Below are positions 48,664 to 57,537 of a stretch of DNA of 64,000 bases, piece after piece (within the stretch, counting starts at the first letter, position 1; every line of letters begins with the position of its first letter). Source of the DNA: Minisyncoccia bacterium (GTDB lineage Bacteria; Patescibacteriota; Minisyncoccia; UBA6257; JAAZHW01); the NCBI GenBank assembly GCA_049720475.1, contig JBNASH010000033.1, forward strand, positions 3,784-67,783, given 5' to 3'. The position numbers and the translations under genes were made by a program. Below the pieces are notes generated by a model, which did no database searches, was not told the DNA's origin, and worked only from the letters and a program-made list of their open reading frames with translations.

Positions 48664-49077
48664 TTACCTTCTTTCCACATACAATCGCCCATCCGACCCT
48701 TGTCGGATGGTGAAAGTATAAGAATATCTGGAATACGAGGAATAAACCCAGAGGGCATCGCTATAAGCGAAGCCCTTTTTATCAATAATCTGAAGTGCTA
48801 CTTGAACGCCATAATAAGATCCATTCCATAATCCTCCAACCCATTTTCCGTAGGATTCCACCACCCCTTTCTCTTCCCCATCAATTAAAACATAAAAATA
48901 ATAAGGAGTGGCGTTGATTACAGTAATACGAGTCGTCTGGATGGGAAGATTGGTATCAACCGCCATCGTTATCCCCAGCGGGGTACAGCTGGAAAACAAC
49001 AGCAGAGCCGCCAACAACCCTAGCAATATCAAAACAATAAAAAATCTCCTTGCGAATTCTTCAATTAATTCTTTCAT
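48664..49077 (-). CDS. Hypothetical lipoprotein.
   Basis: The signal peptide MKELIEEFARRFFIVLILLGLLAALLLFSSC has a lipobox. A canonical SD (AAGGAGG) lies 6 nt upstream of this start. The ORF-track start at 49143 is an extension. Confidence 0.5.
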   Translation of the reverse strand: MKELIEEFARRFFIVLILLGLLAALLLFSSCTPLGITMAVDTNLPIQTTRITVINATPYYFYVLIDGEEKGVVESYGKWVGGLWNGSYYGVQVALQIIDKKGFAYSDALWVYSSYSRYSYTFTIRQGSDGRLYVERR

Positions 49078-49103
49078 TTTTTTCCTCCTTTTAAATTTTA
49101 AAA

Positions 49104-49628
49104 TTAAAATAAAATTTCGTTTTTCCAAAAATGTCTCTGCCAACCATGGGTTGGGGGGACATTAATACCCATTCGTCTGGCCAGTTTAACAACTTCATAA
49201 TCTAAGGAAAGTAATTTTACTTTGCCTTCGCCGCCATTTTTGAGGGCAATGGCTGTCGCCACCACCCGAATATCTGCTATAGAAATGGACTTTAAATTCA
49301 TTTTTTGTGCCTCTAAAATCAAGCTGGGTACAATCCTTTTTCGATAGGATCCAGCAACCTTCCATTCGCCGGATCTAATTTTCTTTTCAATCTGTGGCCA
49401 TCGCCTTAACGCTAAAGCGATGGTTTTTTTCCACTTTTTAACCTCTCCCTTTTGCGGCTTAGTTTTTAGCCGCTTTAATTTTTCAAGATCGGCGGCATTT
49501 CGAAGTTCTTCCACTACTGCCCGCGGAACTACTATCTGAATCTCATCTTCTTTTCCCAACATTTCCACAAAAGCAAAACTTCTCAACAACATATTACTAT
49601 CAACAATCAAAAACAACCTTTCTTCCAT
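49104..49628 (-). CDS. PIN-domain nuclease (VapC-like).
   Basis: Acidic PIN residues fall in LIVDSN, EELRN, IADIRVVATA and LLSLDYEVV. It is preceded by AAGGAGG and a perfect consensus promoter. Confidence 0.65.
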   Translation of the reverse strand: MEERLFLIVDSNMLLRSFAFVEMLGKEDEIQIVVPRAVVEELRNAADLEKLKRLKTKPQKGEVKKWKKTIALALRRWPQIEKKIRSGEWKVAGSYRKRIVPSLILEAQKMNLKSISIADIRVVATAIALKNGGEGKVKLLSLDYEVVKLARRMGINVPPTHGWQRHFWKNEILF

Positions 49629-49679
49629 TTCTTCCTCCTTTTATTTAATTTTTAAAGATCTCTTTTCTTTGCCGCCTAA

Positions 49680-49707
49680 ATTATAATAGATTTTAATCTT
49701 TTGTCAA
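49680..49707 (-). promoter_or_regulatory. Perfect consensus sigma70 promoter (TTGACA, 16 nt, TATAAT) upstream of the PIN gene.
   Basis: The minus-strand sequence is TTGACAaaagattaaaatctatTATAAT, and it overlaps the rluA stop codon. Confidence 0.45.
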
Positions 49708-50414
49708 ATGTTTGGACTGCCGCCTGTTTTTCTTAAAACAAACTCTAAATCTTGAGGTAAATCACTTTCTAAATGCAAAACTGTGCCATTGGGCGCTTTA
49801 AATTCCAAAAAATAAGCATGTAAAAATAAACGCGGGGATAAATCGTTTTTCTTCCGACCATAAATTTTATCTCCCACAATCGGATGCCCAATACTTGATA
49901 AATGAACTCTAATTTGATGGGTTCGACCGGTTTTAGGGAAAACTTTTAATAAAGAATATTTTTCGCCTTCAAACTCCCAACTATCGACCACTTCATATTC
50001 AGTAATGGCCTCTTTTAATTCCTTCATCTTCTTAGCAGCCGTCGAACGCTTAATTGAAGAGGAAACAATGCCAATGGGTTTATCAATTATTCCTTTTTTG
50101 TTTTTAAACTCGCCATAAACTAAAGCTAAATATCCTTTTTTAATTTGATGTTCTTGAAAAAGTTTTTTGAAATATTCGAAAGCTTTTTGATTTTTAGCAA
50201 CCAAAAGCAAACCGGAAGTTTCTCTGTCCAAACGATGAACAATGCCCGGCCGCGTTCTGTCCTCGCCTACATCTTTTATTTTAGGATAACGATTGAGTAA
50301 CCAATCAACCAGCGTTTTTTCATCTTTTTTTGCTGAATGCACCAAAAGGCCATTGGGTTTATTCACCACTAAAAAATCTTCATTTTCAAAAATAATTTTA
50401 ATTTTTTCCAGCAT
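49704..50414 (-). CDS. RluA-family pseudouridine synthase without an S4 domain.
   Basis: The HRLDRETSGLLLVAKN catalytic motif. Confidence 0.85.
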   Translation of the reverse strand: MLEKIKIIFENEDFLVVNKPNGLLVHSAKKDEKTLVDWLLNRYPKIKDVGEDRTRPGIVHRLDRETSGLLLVAKNQKAFEYFKKLFQEHQIKKGYLALVYGEFKNKKGIIDKPIGIVSSSIKRSTAAKKMKELKEAITEYEVVDSWEFEGEKYSLLKVFPKTGRTHQIRVHLSSIGHPIVGDKIYGRKKNDLSPRLFLHAYFLEFKAPNGTVLHLESDLPQDLEFVLRKTGGSPNI

Positions 50415-50452
50415 TGATAATATCCTAACATCTATTGATTTTTTTGCAAATA

Positions 50453-50480
50453 AAAAGCGCCTTCTAAGAGGCGCCTTTGT
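50453..50480. terminator. Bidirectional terminator hairpin.
   Basis: aaaaaGCGCCTtctaagAGGCGCctttgttttttt. Confidence 0.5.
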
Positions 50481-50489
50481 TTTTTTAAA

Positions 50490-51038
50490 TTACAACCCAC
50501 CAAACCACTTAACAAAAAGATAGCCATTACCAAGAACAAGCAAATTATAAGCAAGATGAGAAAAAATTACACTTAGAGCTGCTGGGGCAAATTTTTGCCG
50601 ATACCCGCCATTTTTTAAAAAGAGATAAGACCAGATTAATCCTAAAACGCCTTGAATAAAAATATTAAACGACGTTGAATGTTCAAGAGCAAATCCCCAC
50701 GATAAAAAAATAATCGCAATAATCAACAATAAATTTCCCAATCTTTTATCTTTTAATTTACTAAACAATGACACGAGTAAAGATAATGGCAAAATTCGCC
50801 AAATAACTTCTTCGCCAACTGAAAAAATAATTATTGTTTTTAAATTAATAGCGGAATTTTTTAAAAACCACATCCAGAATTTCGCAAAATAAACCTGTGG
50901 GAAAAAGAAATTATCAGAAATAAACGAAAAAAAATAACAGAAAAACAGCGTATAAATAAATCCAACAAGAGTAACAATCATTACCAAAACAGCTTTTTCT
51001 ATATTATTTAATTCGGTCAGTTGATTTTTTCCAAACAT
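50490..51038 (-). CDS. CPBP-family (CAAX/Abi) intramembrane metalloprotease.
   Basis: EEVIWR (motif 1), FALEH (motif 2) and HLAYN (motif 3). A GGAGGT SD lies 5 nt upstream. Confidence 0.7.
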   Translation of the reverse strand: MFGKNQLTELNNIEKAVLVMIVTLVGFIYTLFFCYFFSFISDNFFFPQVYFAKFWMWFLKNSAINLKTIIIFSVGEEVIWRILPLSLLVSLFSKLKDKRLGNLLLIIAIIFLSWGFALEHSTSFNIFIQGVLGLIWSYLFLKNGGYRQKFAPAALSVIFSHLAYNLLVLGNGYLFVKWFGGL

Positions 51039-51121
51039 TTTGACCTCCTTTAAATTTTTAAATTGCTAATTTTATTATAAAGTGTTTAAAAAAATAAAAA
51101 AACCCACTAGCAGGTTTTAAG

Positions 51122-51193
51122 TGCGCCCTGGAGGGATCGAACCTCCGACCTTTTCGATGTCAACGAAACGCTCTACCACTGAGCTAAGGGCGC
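51122..51193 (-). tRNA. tRNA-Val (anticodon GAC).
   Basis: GCGCCCTTAGCTCAGTGGTAGAGCGTTTCGTTGACATCGAAAAGGTCGGAGGTTCGATCCCTCCAGGGCGCA. Confidence 0.85.
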
Positions 51194-51255
51194 AATCTGA
51201 AATTTAAAGATCTTCTTTATATTAGAATAACAAAAGAAAAAATTTAGTCAATCAA

Positions 51256-51330
51256 TGGTGGACCGGATGGGAGTTGAACCCACGACCTTCCCGATGCGAA
51301 CGGGACGCTCTGCCACTGAGCTACCGGCCC
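51256..51330 (-). tRNA. tRNA-Ala (anticodon CGC), with an encoded CCA.
   Basis: GGGCCGGTAGCTCAGTGGCAGAGCGTCCCGTTCGCATCGGGAAGGTCGTGGGTTCAACTCCCATCCGGTCCACCA, including the G3:U70 alanine identity pair. Confidence 0.85.
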
Positions 51331-51461
51331 AGAAATTATTTTAACTAACCTTATTAATCTTAATAATTTTTCTTGTTTTTTCAATTCCTGATTTATTTGA
51401 CAAAAAATAAAAAAGTTCTAAGATTAAATTGGTTTTTTAAAAATTTTTTAGGAGGTAAAAA

Positions 51462-52463
51462 ATGAATAAAAAAAGAAATGAAAAAGTTTTTCCCCTATTG
51501 GAACCCATTCATACTATTCAACCAGATACTCTGACTGGAATCGTTTTTGGAGATGACCCTGAGATAGATGCCAGCGATTTTCCTTTAGTTTTCATCGATG
51601 CTGATGCCACTATTATGCCTATTACGCTTTTTAAGGGGTATGGAGAAATTGGTAGTGATGCTTTTGTTTCCAATTGTTTTTTATCCAAAGCAACCATAAA
51701 AGATGGAGTTAAAATTATTGATAGTAGAATTTTTACGGCGGTAATTGAAGAGGGATCAGTGGTAATCGACTCCACCATCGAAGGTTCAAAGTTTGGACCG
51801 GGCTGTTATGTTAACGGGTCTATAATTATGGAAAGCGTTTTCGGCAAAGAAGTGGTTGTTTGCGGAAATTCGCATATTAATTGCTCAAGGATTTATGATG
51901 AGGTTGTATTGGGACCACAAGTTGTTGTAGACAATGCTAAAATTGAAAATTTTTCTTATTTAGAAACCGGAGTAAAAATTATAGGACACAAGGGAAAAGA
52001 GCAAGCAATAGTAATTATTAAATCAAAGGTTTATATTGGGGCTGGTGCTTGGATTATTGGGCCGGCACTGATTGATCATAATTGTTACATTGATAACAAT
52101 GTTATACTTGATCCAGGAAAAAATTCTATTGGTATTTTTATTCCGCCATTTTCTTGGGTTCGAAAAAGCAATAATGCAGAAGGATATGAAATTTTAGAAA
52201 AGAGGGCATGCTATTTACTCGATGGGTTGTGGTATGTATCAAAAGCAGAACCGATAAAAATCAAAGAGTTGGTGGATGTAAAAAGAAAAATAAGATTATT
52301 AGAAGAAGAAGTTGCGAAAAAAAGAATAGATATCAAGGAAATATTGCAAGAACCAAATCATTTAACTCAAAATCAACCACCAGTTAGTACTCTCCTTGAA
52401 AAAAATGGATTGGAAAAATTTAGAAATTTCCTTCAATCAATCATAGAAACCCTGGTCAATTGA
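51462..52463 (+). CDS. Left-handed beta-helix (hexapeptide-repeat) protein with a C-terminal coiled coil. Function unknown.
   Basis: Many imperfect [LIV]-G-x4 hexapeptide turns. A perfect SD (AGGAGGT) lies 8 nt upstream. Confidence 0.5.
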   Translation: MNKKRNEKVFPLLEPIHTIQPDTLTGIVFGDDPEIDASDFPLVFIDADATIMPITLFKGYGEIGSDAFVSNCFLSKATIKDGVKIIDSRIFTAVIEEGSVVIDSTIEGSKFGPGCYVNGSIIMESVFGKEVVVCGNSHINCSRIYDEVVLGPQVVVDNAKIENFSYLETGVKIIGHKGKEQAIVIIKSKVYIGAGAWIIGPALIDHNCYIDNNVILDPGKNSIGIFIPPFSWVRKSNNAEGYEILEKRACYLLDGLWYVSKAEPIKIKELVDVKRKIRLLEEEVAKKRIDIKEILQEPNHLTQNQPPVSTLLEKNGLEKFRNFLQSIIETLVN

Positions 52464-52480
52464 CCAGGGTTTTGACTTAT
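52446..52480 (+). terminator. Terminator hairpin overlapping the stop codon of the beta-helix gene.
   Basis: aaACCCTGGTCaattGACCAGGGTtttgac. Confidence 0.5.
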
Positions 52481-52508
52481 TAATGGAAAATTTATAAAAT
52501 TAAAAAGT

Positions 52509-53771
52509 ATGAAAACAAATATTTTTGATGAATTAGAATGGCGCGGTCTGATTAATCAGACAACCGATGCCAATCAATTAAAAAAACGGCTAGAAAAACC
52601 GATTGTGTTATATTGTGGTTTTGATGCCACTGCTGATAGTTTGCACGTTGGCCATCTTCTGCCTTTAATAACTTTAAAACGCTTTGCTCAATTTAATCAT
52701 ACGGCTATTGCTGTTTTAGGTACTGGCACGAGTTTAATTGGCGATCCCAGCGGAAAAAAATCAGAAAGAAAATTACAAGCAGAAGAATTAATTGATGAAT
52801 GGGCAAAAAAATTAGAAAAACAATTCTTATGGTTATTAAATGAAGAGATAGAAAACAAAAAAGCGCTTGTTTTAAAAAATAAAGATTGGTTGAAAAAATT
52901 AACTATGCTTGAATTTATCCGGGATATTGGCAAGCATTTTGGCATTGGTTATATGCTGGCAAAAGAATCAATCAAAAACCGATTAGAAGTAGGTATATCT
53001 TTTACCGAATTTAGCTACATGCTTTTACAGGCCTATGATTATCTCTGGCTTTTTAGAAATTATAACTGTGAACTTCAAATTGGTGGCAGCGATCAATGGG
53101 GCAACATCACAGCAGGCATTGATTTAATTAAAAAATTGGAAAATAAAGAAGTTTTTGGTTTAACTTTGCCCTTGCTTCTTAAAGCAGATGGAACAAAATT
53201 TGGTAAAACCGAAGGAGGGGCAATCTGGCTCGATGCGCAAAAAACTTCTCCTTATCAATTCTACCAATTTCTTATTAATACTGATGATCGTGATGTGATT
53301 AATCTTTTAAAACTTTTGACATTCTTAGCCAAAGAAGAAATCGCCGAATTAGAAAATGAGGTAAAAAATCGTCCGGAACAAAGAAAAGCGCAAAAACGTT
53401 TGGCCGAAGAATTAACAAAAATGATTCATGGTGAAAAAGCTTTAGAACGCGCTCAAAAAATATCTGAAGCTTTGTTTTACAATAATTTAAAAAATCTTTC
53501 GGCTGAAGAATTAAAAGAAGGATTAAACGATGTTCCTTCTGCAATAATTAAAAGCAAAAAAGAATTAAATATTGTTGATTTTCTAATAGAAACGGGAGTT
53601 TGCCCATCCAAAAGACAAGCACGTGAAGATATAAACAATAAGGCCATTTCTTTAAATGGCGAGATTGTGAAGGATATTAATTTAATTCTTACACCCCGAA
53701 AAGCTTTGGTTGAAAATATCTTTGTTGTTCGCCGCGGCAAGAAAAATTATTATCTAATTTATTGGCAATAA
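52509..53771 (+). CDS. tyrS: Tyrosyl-tRNA synthetase with a C-terminal S4 domain.
   Basis: YCGFDATADSLHVGHL (HIGH) ... KFGKT (KMSKS equivalent). Confidence 0.9.
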   Translation: MKTNIFDELEWRGLINQTTDANQLKKRLEKPIVLYCGFDATADSLHVGHLLPLITLKRFAQFNHTAIAVLGTGTSLIGDPSGKKSERKLQAEELIDEWAKKLEKQFLWLLNEEIENKKALVLKNKDWLKKLTMLEFIRDIGKHFGIGYMLAKESIKNRLEVGISFTEFSYMLLQAYDYLWLFRNYNCELQIGGSDQWGNITAGIDLIKKLENKEVFGLTLPLLLKADGTKFGKTEGGAIWLDAQKTSPYQFYQFLINTDDRDVINLLKLLTFLAKEEIAELENEVKNRPEQRKAQKRLAEELTKMIHGEKALERAQKISEALFYNNLKNLSAEELKEGLNDVPSAIIKSKKELNIVDFLIETGVCPSKRQAREDINNKAISLNGEIVKDINLILTPRKALVENIFVVRRGKKNYYLIYWQ

Positions 53772-53816
53772 TTTAAAATTGACATTCTCTTTTTATCAAT
53801 TAATATCAATTCTGAT

Positions 53817-54296
53817 ATGACAGGGCTCATATTTAATTCGTCGGATAACAAGAAATTCAGCCTCAAAAAATTAATTGGGGAAATTTTTAGTTTCATCCAA
53901 GAAAATCCCACTGCCACTTACAAATTAGTTATTGGCACGGATTCTTTGAATGCAGCCGACCATTCAGATTTTGTCACAGCCATTATTATTTGGCGAGTTG
54001 GTAATGGCGGTCGTTATTTCTGGCGACGGATTAAAGATAAAAATTTTAAGAGTTTAAGGGAGCGTATCTATAAAGAAGTCTATCTTTCTTTGGAAATCGG
54101 CCAACAATTGTTAAAGCTTTTGGAAAAAAATAAATTTTATAATTTTGATTTAGAAATTCATGTTGATGTGGGTCAAAATGGCGAAACGCGCAATTTAATC
54201 AATGAAGTTACCGGCTTAGTAAGAGGCTGCGGTTTCTTGGTTAAAACCAAACCCGAAAGCTTTGCCGCTTCAAGCGTCGCTGATCATTGTATTTAA
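53817..54296 (+). CDS. Hypothetical protein, possibly of the RNase H-like fold (YkuK/DUF458-like).
   Basis: LVIGTDS ... HVDVGQNGE ... SVADHC resembles the acidic-residue spacing of RNase H-like nucleases. Confidence 0.3.
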   Translation: MTGLIFNSSDNKKFSLKKLIGEIFSFIQENPTATYKLVIGTDSLNAADHSDFVTAIIIWRVGNGGRYFWRRIKDKNFKSLRERIYKEVYLSLEIGQQLLKLLEKNKFYNFDLEIHVDVGQNGETRNLINEVTGLVRGCGFLVKTKPESFAASSVADHCI

Positions 54297-54297
54297 A

Positions 54298-54915
54298 ATG
54301 CTTGATAAAATAGTTCTTGATTTAGAAACAAAAAATTCTTTTGCTGATGTTGGAGGAAAACAAAATCTTCACAAACTCCAAATTTCTCTCATTGGCGTTT
54401 ATTCTTATAAACGAGACGAATATCTGGCTTTTACGGAAAAAGAATTTCATCTTTTTGAAAAGTTACTTCATGAATCAGGTGTTATTGTTGGTTTTTCAAT
54501 TTATAATTTTGATTTGCCGCTAATTGAAAAACATTTTAATTATAAATTCGACGATCATATTGTTTTGGACATTTTGAAAGAAATCGAAGAAAAACGCGGG
54601 CATAAAATCAGCTTAGACGAATTGGCTCTTGCAAATATAGGACAAGGAAAAAATGGTAATGGTTTGGAGGCAATTCAATTATACAAAGAAGGCAAAATCG
54701 AAGAGCTTAAAAAATATTGCTTAAATGATGTTAAAATAACTAAAGAGTTATACGAGCTTATTTTAAAAAAAGATCATTTAATTATTCCCTCCAAATTTCA
54801 TGCGCCCGTCAAAGTGCCTTTTAATTGGTTATCATTGCATCGGGAATTAGAGAAAAAATTAGAAGAATTGGAAAAAAAGCGTTTTGCAACACCCTCTCAA
54901 AATTCTTTATTCTAA
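54298..54915 (+). CDS. DEDDy-type 3'-5' exonuclease domain protein (DnaQ-like superfamily).
   Basis: Exo I IVLDLET, Exo II FSIYNFDLPLI and Exo III YCLNDVKITKELY. The start MLDKIV is 2 nt after the upstream stop. Confidence 0.5.
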   Translation: MLDKIVLDLETKNSFADVGGKQNLHKLQISLIGVYSYKRDEYLAFTEKEFHLFEKLLHESGVIVGFSIYNFDLPLIEKHFNYKFDDHIVLDILKEIEEKRGHKISLDELALANIGQGKNGNGLEAIQLYKEGKIEELKKYCLNDVKITKELYELILKKDHLIIPSKFHAPVKVPFNWLSLHRELEKKLEELEKKRFATPSQNSLF

Positions 54916-54916
54916 A

Positions 54917-54947
54917 ACCAACCGCCGAAAGGCGGTTGGTTTTTTAG
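54917..54947 (+). terminator. Rho-independent terminator.
   Basis: aaAACCAACCGCCgaaaGGCGGTTGGTTttttagt. Confidence 0.6.
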
Positions 54948-55020
54948 TGGACCTGAGGGGACTCGAACCCCTGACCTCCTCGATGCCATCGAGGCGCTCT
55001 ACCAACTAAGCTACAGGCCC
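54948..55020 (-). tRNA. tRNA-Ala (anticodon GGC).
   Basis: GGGCCTGTAGCTTAGTTGGTAGAGCGCCTCGATGGCATCGAGGAGGTCAGGGGTTCGAGTCCCCTCAGGTCCA, including the G3:U70 pair. Confidence 0.85.
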
Positions 55021-55071
55021 TTAAATTTTTAACGTTTTTTATTTTACTTCTTTTTCAAAATTTTTCAACTT

Positions 55072-56388
55072 TTAAAGTGAAGACGCGATATAACGCTTGG
55101 GCAATAATTTTTCATCCATTGGAAGCGTAAAATAGAAAGTGGAACCGCGATTCTCAATTGATTCAGCCCAAATTTTTCCTCCGTGCGCTTCAACAATATT
55201 CTTAGTGATGTAAAGACCAAGTCCTGTTCCTTCGGTTTCATATTTTAATACATTGGTAGCACGGAAAAATTTATTAAATAATTTGGGAATTTCATCTTTA
55301 GGAATGCCGATACCAGTGTCTGTAACGGAAACCTCAACATAAGGCGGCTTTTTTTCGATTTTGATAATAATTTGCCCATTTTCAACATTGTAACGCAAAG
55401 CGTTTTCAATAAGATTTTGAATAACGATTTTTATTCGCATTGGATCAAATTTGAAAGGATCCAAACCATCAGCTGGCGGCTGAAAATAAATTTTAATTCC
55501 ATGTCTTTCAGCTAAAGAAACATACCCTTCTATGACTTTATGGATTAGAGCAATTAAATCACTTTGCACAAATTCATAACCAAATTTACCTGCTTCAATA
55601 TTAGCCGTATCAAGCAAATCATTAGCCAATTTCAAAACTTTATCCGTTGCTTCCAATGTTCTCTTTAATAAATCCCTCTGGGTTTCAGTCAAATTTTTAT
55701 TATCTTCACCCAGCAAAGTCTCCAAACTCCAGCGAATACCCGATAAAGGCGTTCGCATCTGATGGGCTGCTACCGTCAAAAATTCTGATTTGGTCTTTAA
55801 AATTTCCTCTTCTCTTGTCCTGTCCTTAATAACTTTAAAAAATCCCAAAATTTTTCCTTTTTGATCCAAAACTCGAATAGTGGTTACAACTAATTCTATA
55901 AATGGATCAGTAATTGAAATTTCCATTATATTGGGGAAAACAGCTGGATCGCTTTTCCAAGTCATCGTTGGTGCTAAACTGGGAAAAAGAACCTGGGCCA
56001 ACAATTTGGTTTTTGAATTTTTAGCCCACTCAGGAGTAACAATCTGACCTACAATGTCAATCGCTTTTAAACCAAAAAGTTCTTCAGCAGCGCTATTAAA
56101 AACAGTGATTCTAAAATCGCTGTCATAAGCAATAATTGCTTCGGTAAAATTAGCAATTATTGTTTTAATTTGATTGCGTTCGGCCAAAAGCTCGTAGTGT
56201 CTAATTGTATTGCGTAAAGTTAAAAAGAAGCTGATTAGCAAAAAAACTATTATGACTACAAGACCAATTGTTTCCCAAATCCCTTCGCCAAAATACAAAA
56301 TAATGCCTAGTAAAAATAGCATCACAACCAACATCATCCAAAACAAAATCATTTCTGGTAATGACAAATAGGCTAAAATTTTCTTCAT
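55072..56388 (-). CDS. Sensor histidine kinase (2 TM, PAS, HisKA, HATPase_c).
   Basis: The H-box HQMRTPLSGI, the N-box IENALRYN, and G-boxes DTGIGIP / GTGLGLYI. Confidence 0.85.
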   Translation of the reverse strand: MKKILAYLSLPEMILFWMMLVVMLFLLGIILYFGEGIWETIGLVVIIVFLLISFFLTLRNTIRHYELLAERNQIKTIIANFTEAIIAYDSDFRITVFNSAAEELFGLKAIDIVGQIVTPEWAKNSKTKLLAQVLFPSLAPTMTWKSDPAVFPNIMEISITDPFIELVVTTIRVLDQKGKILGFFKVIKDRTREEEILKTKSEFLTVAAHQMRTPLSGIRWSLETLLGEDNKNLTETQRDLLKRTLEATDKVLKLANDLLDTANIEAGKFGYEFVQSDLIALIHKVIEGYVSLAERHGIKIYFQPPADGLDPFKFDPMRIKIVIQNLIENALRYNVENGQIIIKIEKKPPYVEVSVTDTGIGIPKDEIPKLFNKFFRATNVLKYETEGTGLGLYITKNIVEAHGGKIWAESIENRGSTFYFTLPMDEKLLPKRYIASSL

Positions 56389-56419
56389 CTTTTTAATTAT
56401 ATAAAAAACTTAAAAAAAT

Positions 56420-56452
56420 AAAAACCCCCAAAGGCTTAGGGGGTTTATTTTG
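56420..56452 (-). terminator. Rho-independent terminator for the glutaredoxin-like gene.
   Basis: On the minus strand, AAACCCCCTAAGCCTTTGGGGGTTT is followed by TTATTTTTTT. Confidence 0.55.
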
Positions 56453-56454
56453 AT

Positions 56455-56712
56455 TTATTTTAGAAGTCCTTTTTCCTTTAAAATTCTTTCTAATTCTGCC
56501 CTATTAAAGCCAACAATGATTTCTCCATCAATATCAATAACTGGCACACCCATTTGACCACTTTTTTCAATCATTTCTTGCGCTGCTGCTTCATCTTGAG
56601 AAACATCAACATCTTCAAACTCAACATTCATCGCTTTTAAAAATTCTTTGGCTAAATGACAATAAGGGCAGGTTGGGGTTGAATAAATTTTAATTTGCAT
56701 ATTATCGCGCAT
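56455..56712 (-). CDS. Glutaredoxin-like protein (CPYC active site).
   Basis: IKIYSTPTCPYCHLAKEFL in 85 aa. Confidence 0.8.
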   Translation of the reverse strand: MRDNMQIKIYSTPTCPYCHLAKEFLKAMNVEFEDVDVSQDEAAAQEMIEKSGQMGVPVIDIDGEIIVGFNRAELERILKEKGLLK

Positions 56713-57478
56713 AAGTATCTAAAATCGACTTCACAACAGTGTAGGGCTGGGCTCCGATTAGTAATGTTGCATTGCCCAGATCAGCCGAAGGACTAGAACC
56801 CTCAAAAGCTGCCTTAATTTTTTGAACATCAATATCTAAAGGCAAGTTTTTGGTAGGTGTAATAATCAATGAGGGTGTTCCAATAATTCCCAATTTAAAA
56901 GCTAGATCAAGAGATTGTTGAACTCGCGCTGCATATTTATTTGAATTCAAACAATCAGAAAAATTCGCAGGGTCTAGTTTTAATTCCTTGGCATAATTTA
57001 TTAACGAATCAATTTTTAAACCATCCGCACTTTCAGCTGAAGCAAATATTTTGTCATGCATTTCCCAAAATTTATTTTGGTCTTTGGCGCACCAAACTGC
57101 TTCTGAAGCCTTTTGAGCAAACTCGTGGAAGGGCAATGGCGTATCAACAAAGACAATTTTGGCTAATCCTGTATCAACATAATCTTTAACTAAATCAAGA
57201 TGACTTAATAAATAAAAACGGCGGCAATAAGGACACTGATAATCCGCAAATTCAAAAATAGTTATTGGCGCATTCTCTTTACCTAAAACAACATCATCGG
57301 AAGCAATATTTAACTTTAAAATATTGCCCGACGATTGTTGTTCTGTTTCTTGCGTTTTTTGGGAAACATTTAATCCCTTACTATAAATAAAAGCGCCACC
57401 AATAATCAAAGCTGCCAAAACAATAGAAATTGGCAATAAATAATCTTTTTTCTTAGGAGTTTGATTTTGTGTTTCCAT
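56702..57478 (-). CDS. DsbA-like thiol:disulfide oxidoreductase with an N-terminal TM anchor.
   Basis: FADYQCPYCRRF active site in a thioredoxin fold. Confidence 0.75.
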   Translation of the reverse strand: METQNQTPKKKDYLLPISIVLAALIIGGAFIYSKGLNVSQKTQETEQQSSGNILKLNIASDDVVLGKENAPITIFEFADYQCPYCRRFYLLSHLDLVKDYVDTGLAKIVFVDTPLPFHEFAQKASEAVWCAKDQNKFWEMHDKIFASAESADGLKIDSLINYAKELKLDPANFSDCLNSNKYAARVQQSLDLAFKLGIIGTPSLIITPTKNLPLDIDVQKIKAAFEGSSPSADLGNATLLIGAQPYTVVKSILDTYAR

Positions 57479-57537
57479 AATTGTAAATTTTATTTTGACC
57501 TTTCTAAAATCTTAAACAACTTTTAATTTTATGCAAG

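Noticed and set aside
48597-48785. The 62 aa ORF 48597..48785 near the infB upstream region.
   Set aside because: It overlaps the terminator hairpin and the lipoprotein gene 3' end, and has no start context.
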